A stretch of DNA of 64,000 bases from Candidatus Delongbacteria bacterium (GTDB lineage: Bacteria > CAIWAD01), in NCBI GenBank assembly GCA_963663545.1, contig OY760505.1, positions 3,104,001 to 3,168,000 of the forward strand, in the 5' to 3' direction. The position numbers and the translations under genes are program-made. This document shows, piece by piece, positions 41,343 to 50,191 of this stretch. Position 1 is the first letter of the stretch, and the number at the start of each line of letters is the position of its first letter. The notes under the pieces are model-generated. The model was not told where the DNA came from and did not search any database. It saw nothing but the letters and a program-made list of their open reading frames with translations.

Positions 41343-41964
41343 CCGGATGATCGAGCACGATTTGCGGGGACGCGGCATTCGCGACGAACGTGTGTTACAG
41401 GCTTTCAATCAACTTGATCGGAAGCTTTTTGTCGACGGTCCGCTGCAGACAAACGCCTATCAGGATTGCGCTCTGCCGATCGGCTGTGGACAGACCATCA
41501 GTCAGCCCTACATTGTGGCCCTGATGACGGAACTGCTTCAGCTGGACGGCGAAGAACAGGTGCTGGAGGTCGGCACCGGCAGTGGATATCAGGCTTCATT
41601 ATTGGCGCTTTTATGCAGGCGCGTCTTTACCATTGAGCGCCATCGCGAACTGACCGCCCGCGCGCGGGGGCTCTTTCAGGAGTTGCAGCTAAGCAACATC
41701 GTTTGTCGCAGCGGCGATGGCACTCTGGGCTGGCCGGAAGAGGCGCCCTTCGACCGTATCATTATTACCGCGGGCGCACCCGAACCGCCGCAGAGTCTGC
41801 TGTTGCAATTGAAAGTGGGAGGCTGGCTGGTTGCGCCCATTGGTGAGCGTGGTCGCCAGGAAATGAAGGTGATACAACGCGTAAGCACAGAACGCTTTAC
41901 CGGCCGAAGCGAAGGCGGCTGCAGTTTTGTGCCGCTGATCGGCAAGGAAGGATGGGATTCGTGA
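41326..41964 (+). CDS. pcm: Protein-L-isoaspartate O-methyltransferase
   Basis: GQTISQPYIVA, LEVGTGSGYQA, GDGTLGWPEEAPFDRI, FVPLIG. Confidence 0.95.
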   Translation: MDLARSRMIEHDLRGRGIRDERVLQAFNQLDRKLFVDGPLQTNAYQDCALPIGCGQTISQPYIVALMTELLQLDGEEQVLEVGTGSGYQASLLALLCRRVFTIERHRELTARARGLFQELQLSNIVCRSGDGTLGWPEEAPFDRIIITAGAPEPPQSLLLQLKVGGWLVAPIGERGRQEMKVIQRVSTERFTGRSEGGCSFVPLIGKEGWDS

Positions 41965-42004
41965 TACATCAGTTATCGCTTCCGACGGGCATGGGGGTCA
42001 AATC

Positions 42005-42586
42005 GTGATACGCAGGCTCTACGACTGGGTCCTTTCCTGGGCTGAGTCACGCTGGGGACGCCCCGTGCTTTTTGGATTGGCTTTTGCCGAAGCCAGCTTC
42101 TTTCCCATTCCGCCCGATGTGCTGCTGATTCCCCTCTGTCTGGGCGACCGGCGACGCAGTTTGCAGACGGCGTTCATCTGTCTGATCGGATCACTTCTGG
42201 GCGGGATACTGGGCTACTTCATCGGCTACGCTTTTTTTGAGACCTGGGGCCAGCGCCTGGTGGAATTGTATCACGGCGAACACCTGATGGAGACCATCAA
42301 ACAGTGGGCGGGCACTTATGGCTTTTGGGGTGTTTTCGCCGCGGCACTGACGCCCATACCCTACAAGATCTTCACCATTACCGCGGGGCTGATCAAATTC
42401 AGCATGCCCGCCTTTCTGCTGGCCAGCGTGTTGGGACGCGGATTGCGTTTTTTCCTGCTGGCCGGACTGGTTTACATTTGGGGTGAGGCCATCACCGGCT
42501 TCATCGATCGCTGGTTCAACTGGCTAGTGATCGCATTTACGCTGCTCTTGGTGGGCGGCTTTGTGCTGCTGGGGCTTGGCGGCTGA
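42005..42586 (+). CDS. YqaA/DedA-family membrane protein
   Basis: RRLYDWVL, AEASFFPIPPDVLL, TPIPYKIFTI, GRGLRFF. Confidence 0.9.
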   Translation: MIRRLYDWVLSWAESRWGRPVLFGLAFAEASFFPIPPDVLLIPLCLGDRRRSLQTAFICLIGSLLGGILGYFIGYAFFETWGQRLVELYHGEHLMETIKQWAGTYGFWGVFAAALTPIPYKIFTITAGLIKFSMPAFLLASVLGRGLRFFLLAGLVYIWGEAITGFIDRWFNWLVIAFTLLLVGGFVLLGLGG

Positions 42587-42730
42587 GATCCAGGTCCGCG
42601 CGGGTTTGAAGAGCTTTTCTGCAGAATGCGGTTCTGCGACAAGAAGGAAGGCACAAGGGATTGCGATGAGGAGTCGGGCTTCGTACTTTTAGCCCGACCG
42701 CGAACAAACAAGCGGAAAAAGGAGACCGAA

Positions 42731-42964
42731 ATGGCCGACAAGACTCGCATCGTTCCGGACAATGTCCCGGGTAAGTTCTACGTGGATGATGACTGCATCG
42801 CCTGTGGCGCCTGCAGTGACGCTGCCCCCGATTTCTTCGTCGAGAGCGAAGATGGTGACCACAATTACGTGGCCAAGCAGCCCACCACGCCTGAGGAAGA
42901 GCAGCAGGTCCGCGATGCCATGGCCGAGTGCCCTGTCGATTGCATTGGGGACGACGGCGAATAA
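42731..42964 (+). CDS. Ferredoxin (single cluster)
   Basis: CIACGAC...CPVDCIG; AAGGAG RBS. Confidence 0.9.
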   Translation: MADKTRIVPDNVPGKFYVDDDCIACGACSDAAPDFFVESEDGDHNYVAKQPTTPEEEQQVRDAMAECPVDCIGDDGE

Positions 42965-42983
42965 GCCGGATGGCTGGACATTG

Positions 42984-43006
42984 GGGGCGCTTCGGGCGCC
43001 CCTTTT
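42984..43006 (+). terminator. Intrinsic terminator
   Basis: GGGGCGC-TTCGG-GCGCCCC-TTTT. Confidence 0.7.
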
Positions 43007-43021
43007 CTCTCTGGAGGAATC

Positions 43022-43237
43022 ATGGAAATCCGTATTAAGTACTGCAACGTCTGAAATTACCGTCCGCGCGCTGTCGGTCTGGCAGCCTTCCTGGAAGAAA
43101 AAGTGGCAGCGAGTTGTGAGCTGATCCCCGGTTCCGGCGGTGTCTTTGACGTGGTTGTGGATGGCCGTCTGGTGTACAGCAAACACCAGAGTGGGCGCTT
43201 TCCCACGCACGAGGAGATCCTGCAACTGCTTGTGTGA
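43022..43237 (+). CDS. SelW/SelT/Rdx-family selenoprotein (in-frame UGA = Sec)
   Basis: GGAGG RBS; MEIRIKYCNV-TGA(43052)-NYRPRAVGLA...GSGGVFDVVVDGRLVYSKHQSGRFPTHEEILQLLV; CxxU motif; hairpin at 43070-43086. Confidence 0.9.
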
Positions 43238-43369
43238 CGAAGCGCTGACGGGCAGTGCACCCTTATTCTCCTGTCTCTCATCTTTCCTACCTTACACGGT
43301 CTTTGCATACCAGGAGCGCTATGCGTTGGCGCCGGCGAAGGCTGTTCGAAAACTCCGGAAGGAAGGATC

Positions 43370-43936
43370 ATGGTTTGCTCACGCATGCTGGTCACCGTAT
43401 TGACCGTTTTGGCTTTGTCCTGCAGCCTCTGGGCTGCCTCCTTCAGTGATCAGCTGCTATTGACCAGCGCAGGACGCAGCTCCGACGTGCTGATCGCGCG
43501 GCAGATTTTTACTCGCGCAGGTCTGGAAGAACCGCGCATGATGCAGGAAGCCACCGGCGATTCGCTTGCGGGCGTGGAAACGCTGGTGCTGGTGCTCGGC
43601 GGTTCGGGCAAGGGCTTGGGGCAGGCGCAGGACGCAGCCGATCAGGAACTGGCCCGCATCGAAAGCCTGCTGAATGCCGCCGAGGAAGCCGGCATTCGCA
43701 TCGTCAGCATGCATTTAGGGCGCGAAGCACGTCGCGGCGCTCTCTCGGATCAGTTCATTTTGCCGGTTGCTCCGCGCAGTCAGCACATGCTGGTCATTGA
43801 TGGCGGCAACAAGGACGGGCTGTTCAGCACCCTCTCTGAGGACGGCGGGATTCCGCTGACCCTGTGCGCCGACTACGTAGAAATGGTGCAGCAGGTCAAT
43901 CAGCTCTTTGGTCTTAAAATGCCCGAGAAGAAATAG
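43370..43936 (+). CDS. Secreted DUF6305-like protein
   Basis: Signal peptide; LLTSAGRSSD, GGSGKGLG, MHLGREARRGALSD, GGNKDGLF. Confidence 0.65.
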   Translation: MVCSRMLVTVLTVLALSCSLWAASFSDQLLLTSAGRSSDVLIARQIFTRAGLEEPRMMQEATGDSLAGVETLVLVLGGSGKGLGQAQDAADQELARIESLLNAAEEAGIRIVSMHLGREARRGALSDQFILPVAPRSQHMLVIDGGNKDGLFSTLSEDGGIPLTLCADYVEMVQQVNQLFGLKMPEKK

Positions 43937-43942
43937 GACACC

Positions 43943-44431
43943 GTGGGGAAGAAAAAGAAGAGCACGCAAGGGGCTGACCCGCAGCGGATCATTGCCCAGA
44001 ACCGCAAGGCGCGCCACGACTACCACATCGAGCAGACGTGGGAGGCGGGCATGGTGCTGTGCGGTACCGAGGTGAAGAGTTGTCGCGAGGGCCGCGCCAG
44101 CATCAAGGAAGCCTACGCCAAGGTGATACAAGGCGAAGTGTTTGTGATTGACATGCACATCTCGCCCTATTCCCACGGCAGCTTCGGCGTGCACGAAGAG
44201 CAGCGCCCCCGCAAACTGCTGTTGCATGCGACCGAGATTCGCAAAATCGCCCAGCAGGTTGAGAACAAGGGCTATACGCTTGTGCCCCTGATGGTGTACT
44301 GGAAGAAACACCTGGTGAAATGCCGACTGGCGCTGGTTACGGGAAAGCGACAGTACGACAAGCGCCAGGACATTGCCAAGCGCGACTCCGATCGCGAGTT
44401 GAAGCGCATCATGAAGGAGAGAAACCAGTGA
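43943..44431 (+). CDS. smpB: SsrA-binding protein
   Basis: [31 protein letters not shown]. Confidence 0.96.
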   Translation: MGKKKKSTQGADPQRIIAQNRKARHDYHIEQTWEAGMVLCGTEVKSCREGRASIKEAYAKVIQGEVFVIDMHISPYSHGSFGVHEEQRPRKLLLHATEIRKIAQQVENKGYTLVPLMVYWKKHLVKCRLALVTGKRQYDKRQDIAKRDSDRELKRIMKERNQ

Positions 44432-45648
44432 GTGCCGCCTTTCCGCCCCTGAATGAGCAGATGGATGAAATCCGCCGCGGAGTGGCTGATCTGCTTCCAG
44501 AGAAGGAATTGGAAGAGAAGCTTGTTCGCAGTGCCAAAAACGGAACGCCCTTGGTGATCAAGTTTGGTGCCGATCCCAGCGCCCCGGATTTGCATATCGG
44601 ACACGCGGTGGTCATCAACAAACTGCGCACCTTCCAGCAACTCGGTCATCAGGTGGTTTTTCTCATCGGCGATTTTACCGGCATGGTGGGTGATCCAACG
44701 GGCAAGAGCAAAACGCGCCCGCAGTTGACGCGGCAGCAGGTGCTGGACAACGCCGAGACCTACAAGAGCCAGATCTTCAAGCTGCTCGACCGTGAGCGGA
44801 CGCAGATTCGCTTCAACAGCGAGTGGTTTGAAGCGATGGACGTTTACGCTTTTCTGGCTCTCACCAGCCACTACACGGTCGCCCGGCTGCTGGAGCGCGA
44901 TGATTTTGCCAAGCGCCATGCCTCACAAACACCCATCGCCCTCATCGAATTCCTCTATCCCTTGATTCAAGGCTACGACTCCGTGGCCCTGAAGGCGGAT
45001 GTGGAATTGGGCGGTACCGATCAGCGCTTCAATCTGCTGGTGGGACGCACCCTGCAGGAGCATTACGGACAGGAGCCGCAGGTCGTGCTAACCATGCCCA
45101 TCCTTGAGGGCACGGACGGCGTCAACAAGATGTCCAAGAGTCTGGATAACTACATTGGCATCTGTGATACACCGCGTGACATGTTTGGTCGCACGATGAG
45201 CATTCCCGACGAGTTGATTCCGCGCTGGTACGAGCTGGCGACGGATCTGCCTGCTGCAGAAGTCAAGAGCATCCGCGAGGAGCTGAAGGGCAGTCAGGTA
45301 AATCCCGTGATTCTCAAGCGTCGCCTCGGACGCGAACTAGTGCGCATGTATCACGACGTGGAAGCGGGAGTTGCCGCCGAACGTGAGTTCGACGAGATGT
45401 TCCGCAAGGGCGGCGAGCCCGATGAAATGCCTGAAGTGCAGCTGGCCGGAGACTGCGCTCTGATCGACCTGATGGTGGATCACGGCATGGTCGCCAGCAA
45501 AGGTGAAGCGCGCAGGCAGATTCGCCAGGGAGCGGTCAGCCTGGATGGCGAACGTATCACGGATGAAATGCATCAGGTAACCCCGGACGCCTCGCACGTA
45601 CTCAAAGTCGGCAAGCGTCGCTTTCTGCGTATCTGTGCGCTAAGTTGA
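44428..45648 (+). CDS. tyrS: Tyrosine--tRNA ligase
   Basis: [25 protein letters not shown]-terminal S4 domain. Confidence 0.96.
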   Translation: MSAAFPPLNEQMDEIRRGVADLLPEKELEEKLVRSAKNGTPLVIKFGADPSAPDLHIGHAVVINKLRTFQQLGHQVVFLIGDFTGMVGDPTGKSKTRPQLTRQQVLDNAETYKSQIFKLLDRERTQIRFNSEWFEAMDVYAFLALTSHYTVARLLERDDFAKRHASQTPIALIEFLYPLIQGYDSVALKADVELGGTDQRFNLLVGRTLQEHYGQEPQVVLTMPILEGTDGVNKMSKSLDNYIGICDTPRDMFGRTMSIPDELIPRWYELATDLPAAEVKSIREELKGSQVNPVILKRRLGRELVRMYHDVEAGVAAEREFDEMFRKGGEPDEMPEVQLAGDCALIDLMVDHGMVASKGEARRQIRQGAVSLDGERITDEMHQVTPDASHVLKVGKRRFLRICALS

Positions 45649-45663
45649 TCCGGTCGGACAACG

Positions 45664-46656
45664 ATGTATCACGAAGGACCTGAAGTGTTGTTAGCTGAAA
45701 TCCAGCAGCTGGTAGCCACGGAGCTTGCGTCATTCACTCAGCGCTATGATGCCTGGCTGCGAAGTAAGGACTCAGCCTGGCTGGATTCGCTGGTGGACTA
45801 TCTGGCGCAGAACCGCGGCAAACTACTTCGTCCCACTCTCACTTACCTTGCGGCCAAGGCGACCGGTGGAGTAAATGATCGCACTCACTGCGCCGCAATG
45901 GTGGTCGAATTACTGCACAATGCCACACTGGTACACGATGATGTGGTGGATCAGGCCGATCGGCGTCGCGGCCAGAGCAGCCTGAACTCGCGCGAGGGCG
46001 ACAAGGTCAGCGTACTGATGGGCGATTTTCTACTGGCGCGCGCCATGTCGGCCATGAGCGGTTGCGGCGATCACCGCGTCTACGAGCTCGTGGCAGCCGT
46101 TGCCGGGCGGCTGGCTCACGGCGAGCTGGAACAGCTCGATCGTGCGCGTTCGCTGCAGATGGATGAGGACGCCTACTTCGGTATCATCACCGACAAAACG
46201 GGTGGACTGATTGGTGTCAGCTGTCAGCTGGGTGCCATCAGTAGCGGAGCCAGCCCTGAGCAGGGCGCGGCCTTGGCGTGTTACGGCGAAGCGCTTGGCG
46301 TGGCCTTTCAGATTCGCGACGATCTACTGGATTACGAAGGCGATGCTGGCACCCTTGGCAAGCCTGTAGGTGGAGATCTGCGCGAGGGCAAAATTACACT
46401 GCCGCTACTGCATGCTTTGTCCATGGCGGATGAACCGCAGGCGACGAAAATGCTGAAGCGGTTGCATCATCCATCCGATGAAGATGTATCACGTTTGATC
46501 GAGTTTGTCCGCCTTCACGGCGGCATTGAGCACGCCCGTGTGCGCGCAGAAGAATTCTGCGAGCGCGCTTGCAGTGCATTGGCGCTTCTACCAGAAAGTG
46601 CCGCACGGGAGATGCTGATTCGTCTGGGTCGCTTCGCGATCCGGCGCAACCACTAG
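45664..46656 (+). CDS. Polyprenyl diphosphate synthase
   Basis: GKLLRP, HDDVVD..RRG, FQIRDDLLD, GKPVGGDLREGKITLP. Confidence 0.92.
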   Translation: MYHEGPEVLLAEIQQLVATELASFTQRYDAWLRSKDSAWLDSLVDYLAQNRGKLLRPTLTYLAAKATGGVNDRTHCAAMVVELLHNATLVHDDVVDQADRRRGQSSLNSREGDKVSVLMGDFLLARAMSAMSGCGDHRVYELVAAVAGRLAHGELEQLDRARSLQMDEDAYFGIITDKTGGLIGVSCQLGAISSGASPEQGAALACYGEALGVAFQIRDDLLDYEGDAGTLGKPVGGDLREGKITLPLLHALSMADEPQATKMLKRLHHPSDEDVSRLIEFVRLHGGIEHARVRAEEFCERACSALALLPESAAREMLIRLGRFAIRRNH

Positions 46657-46664
46657 GGGAGCCC

Positions 46665-47732
46665 ATGACTCGTCTTCTTGCCATTTCCAGGGGAATCCTG
46701 CTCAGTGCGGGTTTGCTGACCGCCGGTCTGGTTCTGCAACACTGCGGTGGAGTACAGCCAATAGGGCTGGAAGGAAGCATCCAGGGCTACGAGTACCAGA
46801 TCATGATTCCCGCGCCGCCGAAAGAGGCAAACCCTAAGCAGGATCTGCAGAACCTGGAGGGGAAGATTGCCGAGCTCGTGGGATATCTTGGCGGTTGTGA
46901 TCCGGCTGCTGTGCGCGATGTCAATCTTCGTGCGGGTGACAAATCGGGATCGATGGAACAGGCCGCCTACGACATCGTGCTGGAGTGTTTCACCCACCGT
47001 AAGCAAAGCGCAGGTCTGGTAGAGTTTCTTGCGGGACCGCTGAACCAGCTTTACGGTTTTTGTGATGCAGAGTTCGGCCAGCGCAACGCTGAAGGTGTGA
47101 TACAATTTCCCGCTTTGGAGCACCTGCCGACACAGGCAGAGCTCGACTCCACCTTGGCGCTGGTGCAGAAGGGGGGAACCTATGTCGTCGAGCGCGGCAT
47201 GCTTCTGTCCATGAAGGGAATGGCCATCAGTCTTGAGCAGATGCTTGAGGGCCGTGTAGTGAGTGAGCTGAATTCGAGCCTGCACAGAATGGGCTACACC
47301 GATTTCAAGATCCGTTTCGGTTCCACGACCGGCGTCTGGGGCGAGGGCCCCGATGGAGGCGATTGGCTCGTCAACCTCCAGGATCCCCGCGATCCGGCTG
47401 CAAACCTGGGCAAGATTCGACTTCACGATTCCGAGATCCTCGCGCAGGCCGGTTGCGGAAGTCGGGCGATGCGCTTGCCTGATGAATCGCTGTGCTACGC
47501 CATCAATCCGCTCGACGGGAAGCCGGTGGCGGCTCCTGCATTGGCGGCCACTGTATCACGAAAGGCTGTCCTTGGCGATGTCTGTGCTACAGCGCTGCTG
47601 ATTGGCCAGGAGTCCTATCTTGATGCCATGCCGGGTGAAATTGAAGGCGCCTGCTGGTTTGCGCCTGACGGCGACTGGTCCAGTCCACAGTTCACGGGTG
47701 ACATGGCCAGGCGCTTCGAGGCTGGCAGGTAG
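46665..47732 (+). CDS. ApbE-like FAD:protein FMN transferase (divergent lipoprotein)
   Basis: Lipobox-like LQHC; DWLVNLQDPR, AINPLDGKP, DVCATAL. Confidence 0.6.
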   Translation: MTRLLAISRGILLSAGLLTAGLVLQHCGGVQPIGLEGSIQGYEYQIMIPAPPKEANPKQDLQNLEGKIAELVGYLGGCDPAAVRDVNLRAGDKSGSMEQAAYDIVLECFTHRKQSAGLVEFLAGPLNQLYGFCDAEFGQRNAEGVIQFPALEHLPTQAELDSTLALVQKGGTYVVERGMLLSMKGMAISLEQMLEGRVVSELNSSLHRMGYTDFKIRFGSTTGVWGEGPDGGDWLVNLQDPRDPAANLGKIRLHDSEILAQAGCGSRAMRLPDESLCYAINPLDGKPVAAPALAATVSRKAVLGDVCATALLIGQESYLDAMPGEIEGACWFAPDGDWSSPQFTGDMARRFEAGR

Positions 47733-47735
47733 AAT

Positions 47736-48725
47736 GTGATACAGGGCCTTCCGCCCGGAACCAGTACGGTTGTACTGGTGCGTTTCTCTTCCATCGGCGA
47801 TTTGCTTCTGGCCGAACCGCTTCCGCGCTTGCTGAAGAAGGTTGGTGTGCGTCGGGTGGTCTTTGTCACCAAAGAGAACCTTGCTCCCCTTCCGCAGGGC
47901 TGGCCTGCTGTTGATCGCACGCTCTGCCTTTCCGCACAGGGCGGGCTGAGGCAACTAGTGGACTTGCGTCGCGAGCTGCTGCGCGAGAGAGCGGATCTTG
48001 TCCTGGACCTGCACAACAACCAACGCAGTCGACTTCTATGCTGCGGGCTTTCCGCTCGCCATCTCTCCAAACATCGCCTGCACAAATTGTTGCTGGTACA
48101 CGCTCGCACCTTGTGTCACCGTCATCCACGACCCGTTAGCGAACGCTATCTACAGTTGGCCGGACTAGACGTCTCCACGGCGGACGCGCTTCCGCAACTG
48201 TGGACACAGGGGCAGCGTCTGCAGTACGGCACGGCCCAGTACGAAGTGCTGGTGCCCGGAGCCGGGCTGGTCACCAAATGCTGGCCGCGCGAGCATTGGA
48301 TCGAATTCACGCGTCTGCTGCTTCAACGCAGTCCGCTTCCTTTACTGATTCTGGGTGGAAACAGCGAAGCCGGATTGGGCCGCGAGCTCGCCGCGTTGAA
48401 TCCTGCACGTATCACATCGCATTGCGGAACCCAGGACCTGAATGGAACGGCTCGTCTGCTCGCGCAGGGGCGCCGCTTGATCTGCGGTGATACGGGCCTG
48501 ATGCATATGGCAGATGCTGCCCGCATTCCCGGTGTGGTGCTTTTCGGGGGAACCGTCCCCGAGCTGGGATTTGCGCCGCGCGGAGGTACTTTGCGTGTGA
48601 TACAACGTGAGCTAGGCTGCCGTCCCTGTTCCCACATTGGCAGACGCCGCTGCCCCAGGGGACATTTAAATTGCATGCGGGAGCTTCTTCCCGCCGAAGT
48701 GCTTGAATCCTATCTGGAGTGCTGA
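47736..48725 (+). CDS. Glycosyltransferase family 9 (LPS heptosyltransferase-like)
   Basis: RFSSIGDLLL, DLH, PGAG..TKCWP, GDTGLMHMA, CRPC..C..GHLNCM. Confidence 0.88.
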   Translation: MIQGLPPGTSTVVLVRFSSIGDLLLAEPLPRLLKKVGVRRVVFVTKENLAPLPQGWPAVDRTLCLSAQGGLRQLVDLRRELLRERADLVLDLHNNQRSRLLCCGLSARHLSKHRLHKLLLVHARTLCHRHPRPVSERYLQLAGLDVSTADALPQLWTQGQRLQYGTAQYEVLVPGAGLVTKCWPREHWIEFTRLLLQRSPLPLLILGGNSEAGLGRELAALNPARITSHCGTQDLNGTARLLAQGRRLICGDTGLMHMADAARIPGVVLFGGTVPELGFAPRGGTLRVIQRELGCRPCSHIGRRRCPRGHLNCMRELLPAEVLESYLEC

Positions 48726-50014
48726 TGCAAAGCCTCAGCCTGTTTCTATACCAGCTGCTGTTGCCGCTGGTTTGGATCCTGGTCCACACCATCGGCCTGA
48801 TTCCGCGTCGCATTCGTGCCAATGTGCTGGTCCGTCGCGGCTTGCTGAAGCGAACGGCGGCCGCAATCGCGCAGCTGCCTGAACCACGAGTGCGTCGTGT
48901 CTGGATTCACTGCGCTTCCATGGGGGAGTTTGAGGCGATACGTCCACTGGCGCGCAAACTGCGTGCGCGCGGCGAACAGGTGCTACTCACTTTTTATTCC
49001 ACAAGTGGACCCACGACGCTGTTGCGCAGCGGTCAGAGCGTGGACGAGGCGGATTGGATCGGCTATTTGCCCTTTGATCTGCCCTGGACTGCGCGCGCCT
49101 TTGTGCGAACCCTGGCGGCTGAGCTGATGATTGTGACCAAGCACGACCTATGGTACAACCATCTGCGTCAGGCGCACAAAGCCGGTTGTCGTGTAGCCTT
49201 CATCAACGCCAACTTCCATCCGGATTCGCATTTCGCCAAGCCGCTTTTGCGAGCCTTCAACCGTGCTACACTGGCCAACTGTGATCGCATCGCCAGCGTA
49301 AGCGAAGCCATGGCCGAACGTTTTCGCGATTTGCTTGACGGCCTGGACGTGCCGGTGTGCGCTCCGGGAGAAACGCGCTTCGACCGTGTAGTGGAGCGCG
49401 CCCGCAACAGCGAGGCTTGTGCGCAGTTGCCCGCTGGCTTCAGCGACGACCATTTCGTCTGGGTCATGGGCTCTTCCTGGGCACCTGAGGAAGAATTGGT
49501 GCTGCCCCTCTTTGCGCAGCTGTTTGAGCGGCATCCAAAGCTGCGTCTGCTCTTGGTTCCGCACGAGCCCGATGAAAAGCATCTGGCTGCCAGCGACACG
49601 CTGTTGAAGTCTCTTGGCCTGCGCTACAAACGCCTCAGCCACTGCGCGGGCGAGTGGGACCAAGGGGACAGCGTACTTCTGGTGGACCGCATGGGGTTGC
49701 TTGCCGGGCTTTACGCCTGTGCTTCGCTGGCCATTGTTGGCGGTGGATTTACCACCGGTGTGCATAGCGTCATCGAGCCCGCCGCCTTTTCTTTGCCGGT
49801 ACTCTTTGGTCCCAAATGTCAGGTGGCGCAGGAGGCGCAGGATCTACTGGTCTGCGGCGGTGGTGCTTTACTTGGCGGTAGCGAAGAGAGTGGCGCTTTG
49901 CTGGCGAGCCTGGTGGAAGATGCGAAACGGCGCGAGGAGATGGCGACGGCGGCGGCCGCGCTCGTCCGCTCGCGCATGGGTGCGACAGACGCGCTCCTGC
50001 GGCTGCTGGACTAG
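48725..50014 (+). CDS. waaA: 3-deoxy-D-manno-octulosonic acid (Kdo) transferase
   Basis: WIHCASMGEF, YLPFD, GETRFD, VPHEP, VGGGF..HSVIEPA..FGP. Confidence 0.9.
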   Translation: MQSLSLFLYQLLLPLVWILVHTIGLIPRRIRANVLVRRGLLKRTAAAIAQLPEPRVRRVWIHCASMGEFEAIRPLARKLRARGEQVLLTFYSTSGPTTLLRSGQSVDEADWIGYLPFDLPWTARAFVRTLAAELMIVTKHDLWYNHLRQAHKAGCRVAFINANFHPDSHFAKPLLRAFNRATLANCDRIASVSEAMAERFRDLLDGLDVPVCAPGETRFDRVVERARNSEACAQLPAGFSDDHFVWVMGSSWAPEEELVLPLFAQLFERHPKLRLLLVPHEPDEKHLAASDTLLKSLGLRYKRLSHCAGEWDQGDSVLLVDRMGLLAGLYACASLAIVGGGFTTGVHSVIEPAAFSLPVLFGPKCQVAQEAQDLLVCGGGALLGGSEESGALLASLVEDAKRREEMATAAAALVRSRMGATDALLRLLD

Positions 50015-50031
50015 AGAAAATCACACACCAT

Positions 50032-50049
50032 TGTGACAGCACCGTCACA
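50032..50049. promoter_or_regulatory. Palindromic operator candidate upstream of the sensor kinase operon
   Basis: TGTGAC-AGCACC-GTCACA. Confidence 0.4.
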
Positions 50050-50191
50050 TTTTGCGTAGAGAGTTACGGGCAATCCGTACTGCCGGATATTGAACACATA
50101 GCTGCTTTCTGCTTGCAGATTGAGCTTGCAAGCTAGACATTAATAGCCTTATCAGCTTGAGTAACGGGCGTCGGAAAATGAACGGGGGACC

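Noticed and set aside
43022..43054. Pseudogene with a premature stop
   Set aside because: The TGA sits at the CxxU position with a SECIS-like hairpin and an intact downstream frame.
50033..50048. matS-like site (GTGAC...GTCAC)
   Set aside because: The spacer is 6 nt rather than the 3 nt of E. coli matS, and only one copy was seen; kept only as a generic operator candidate.
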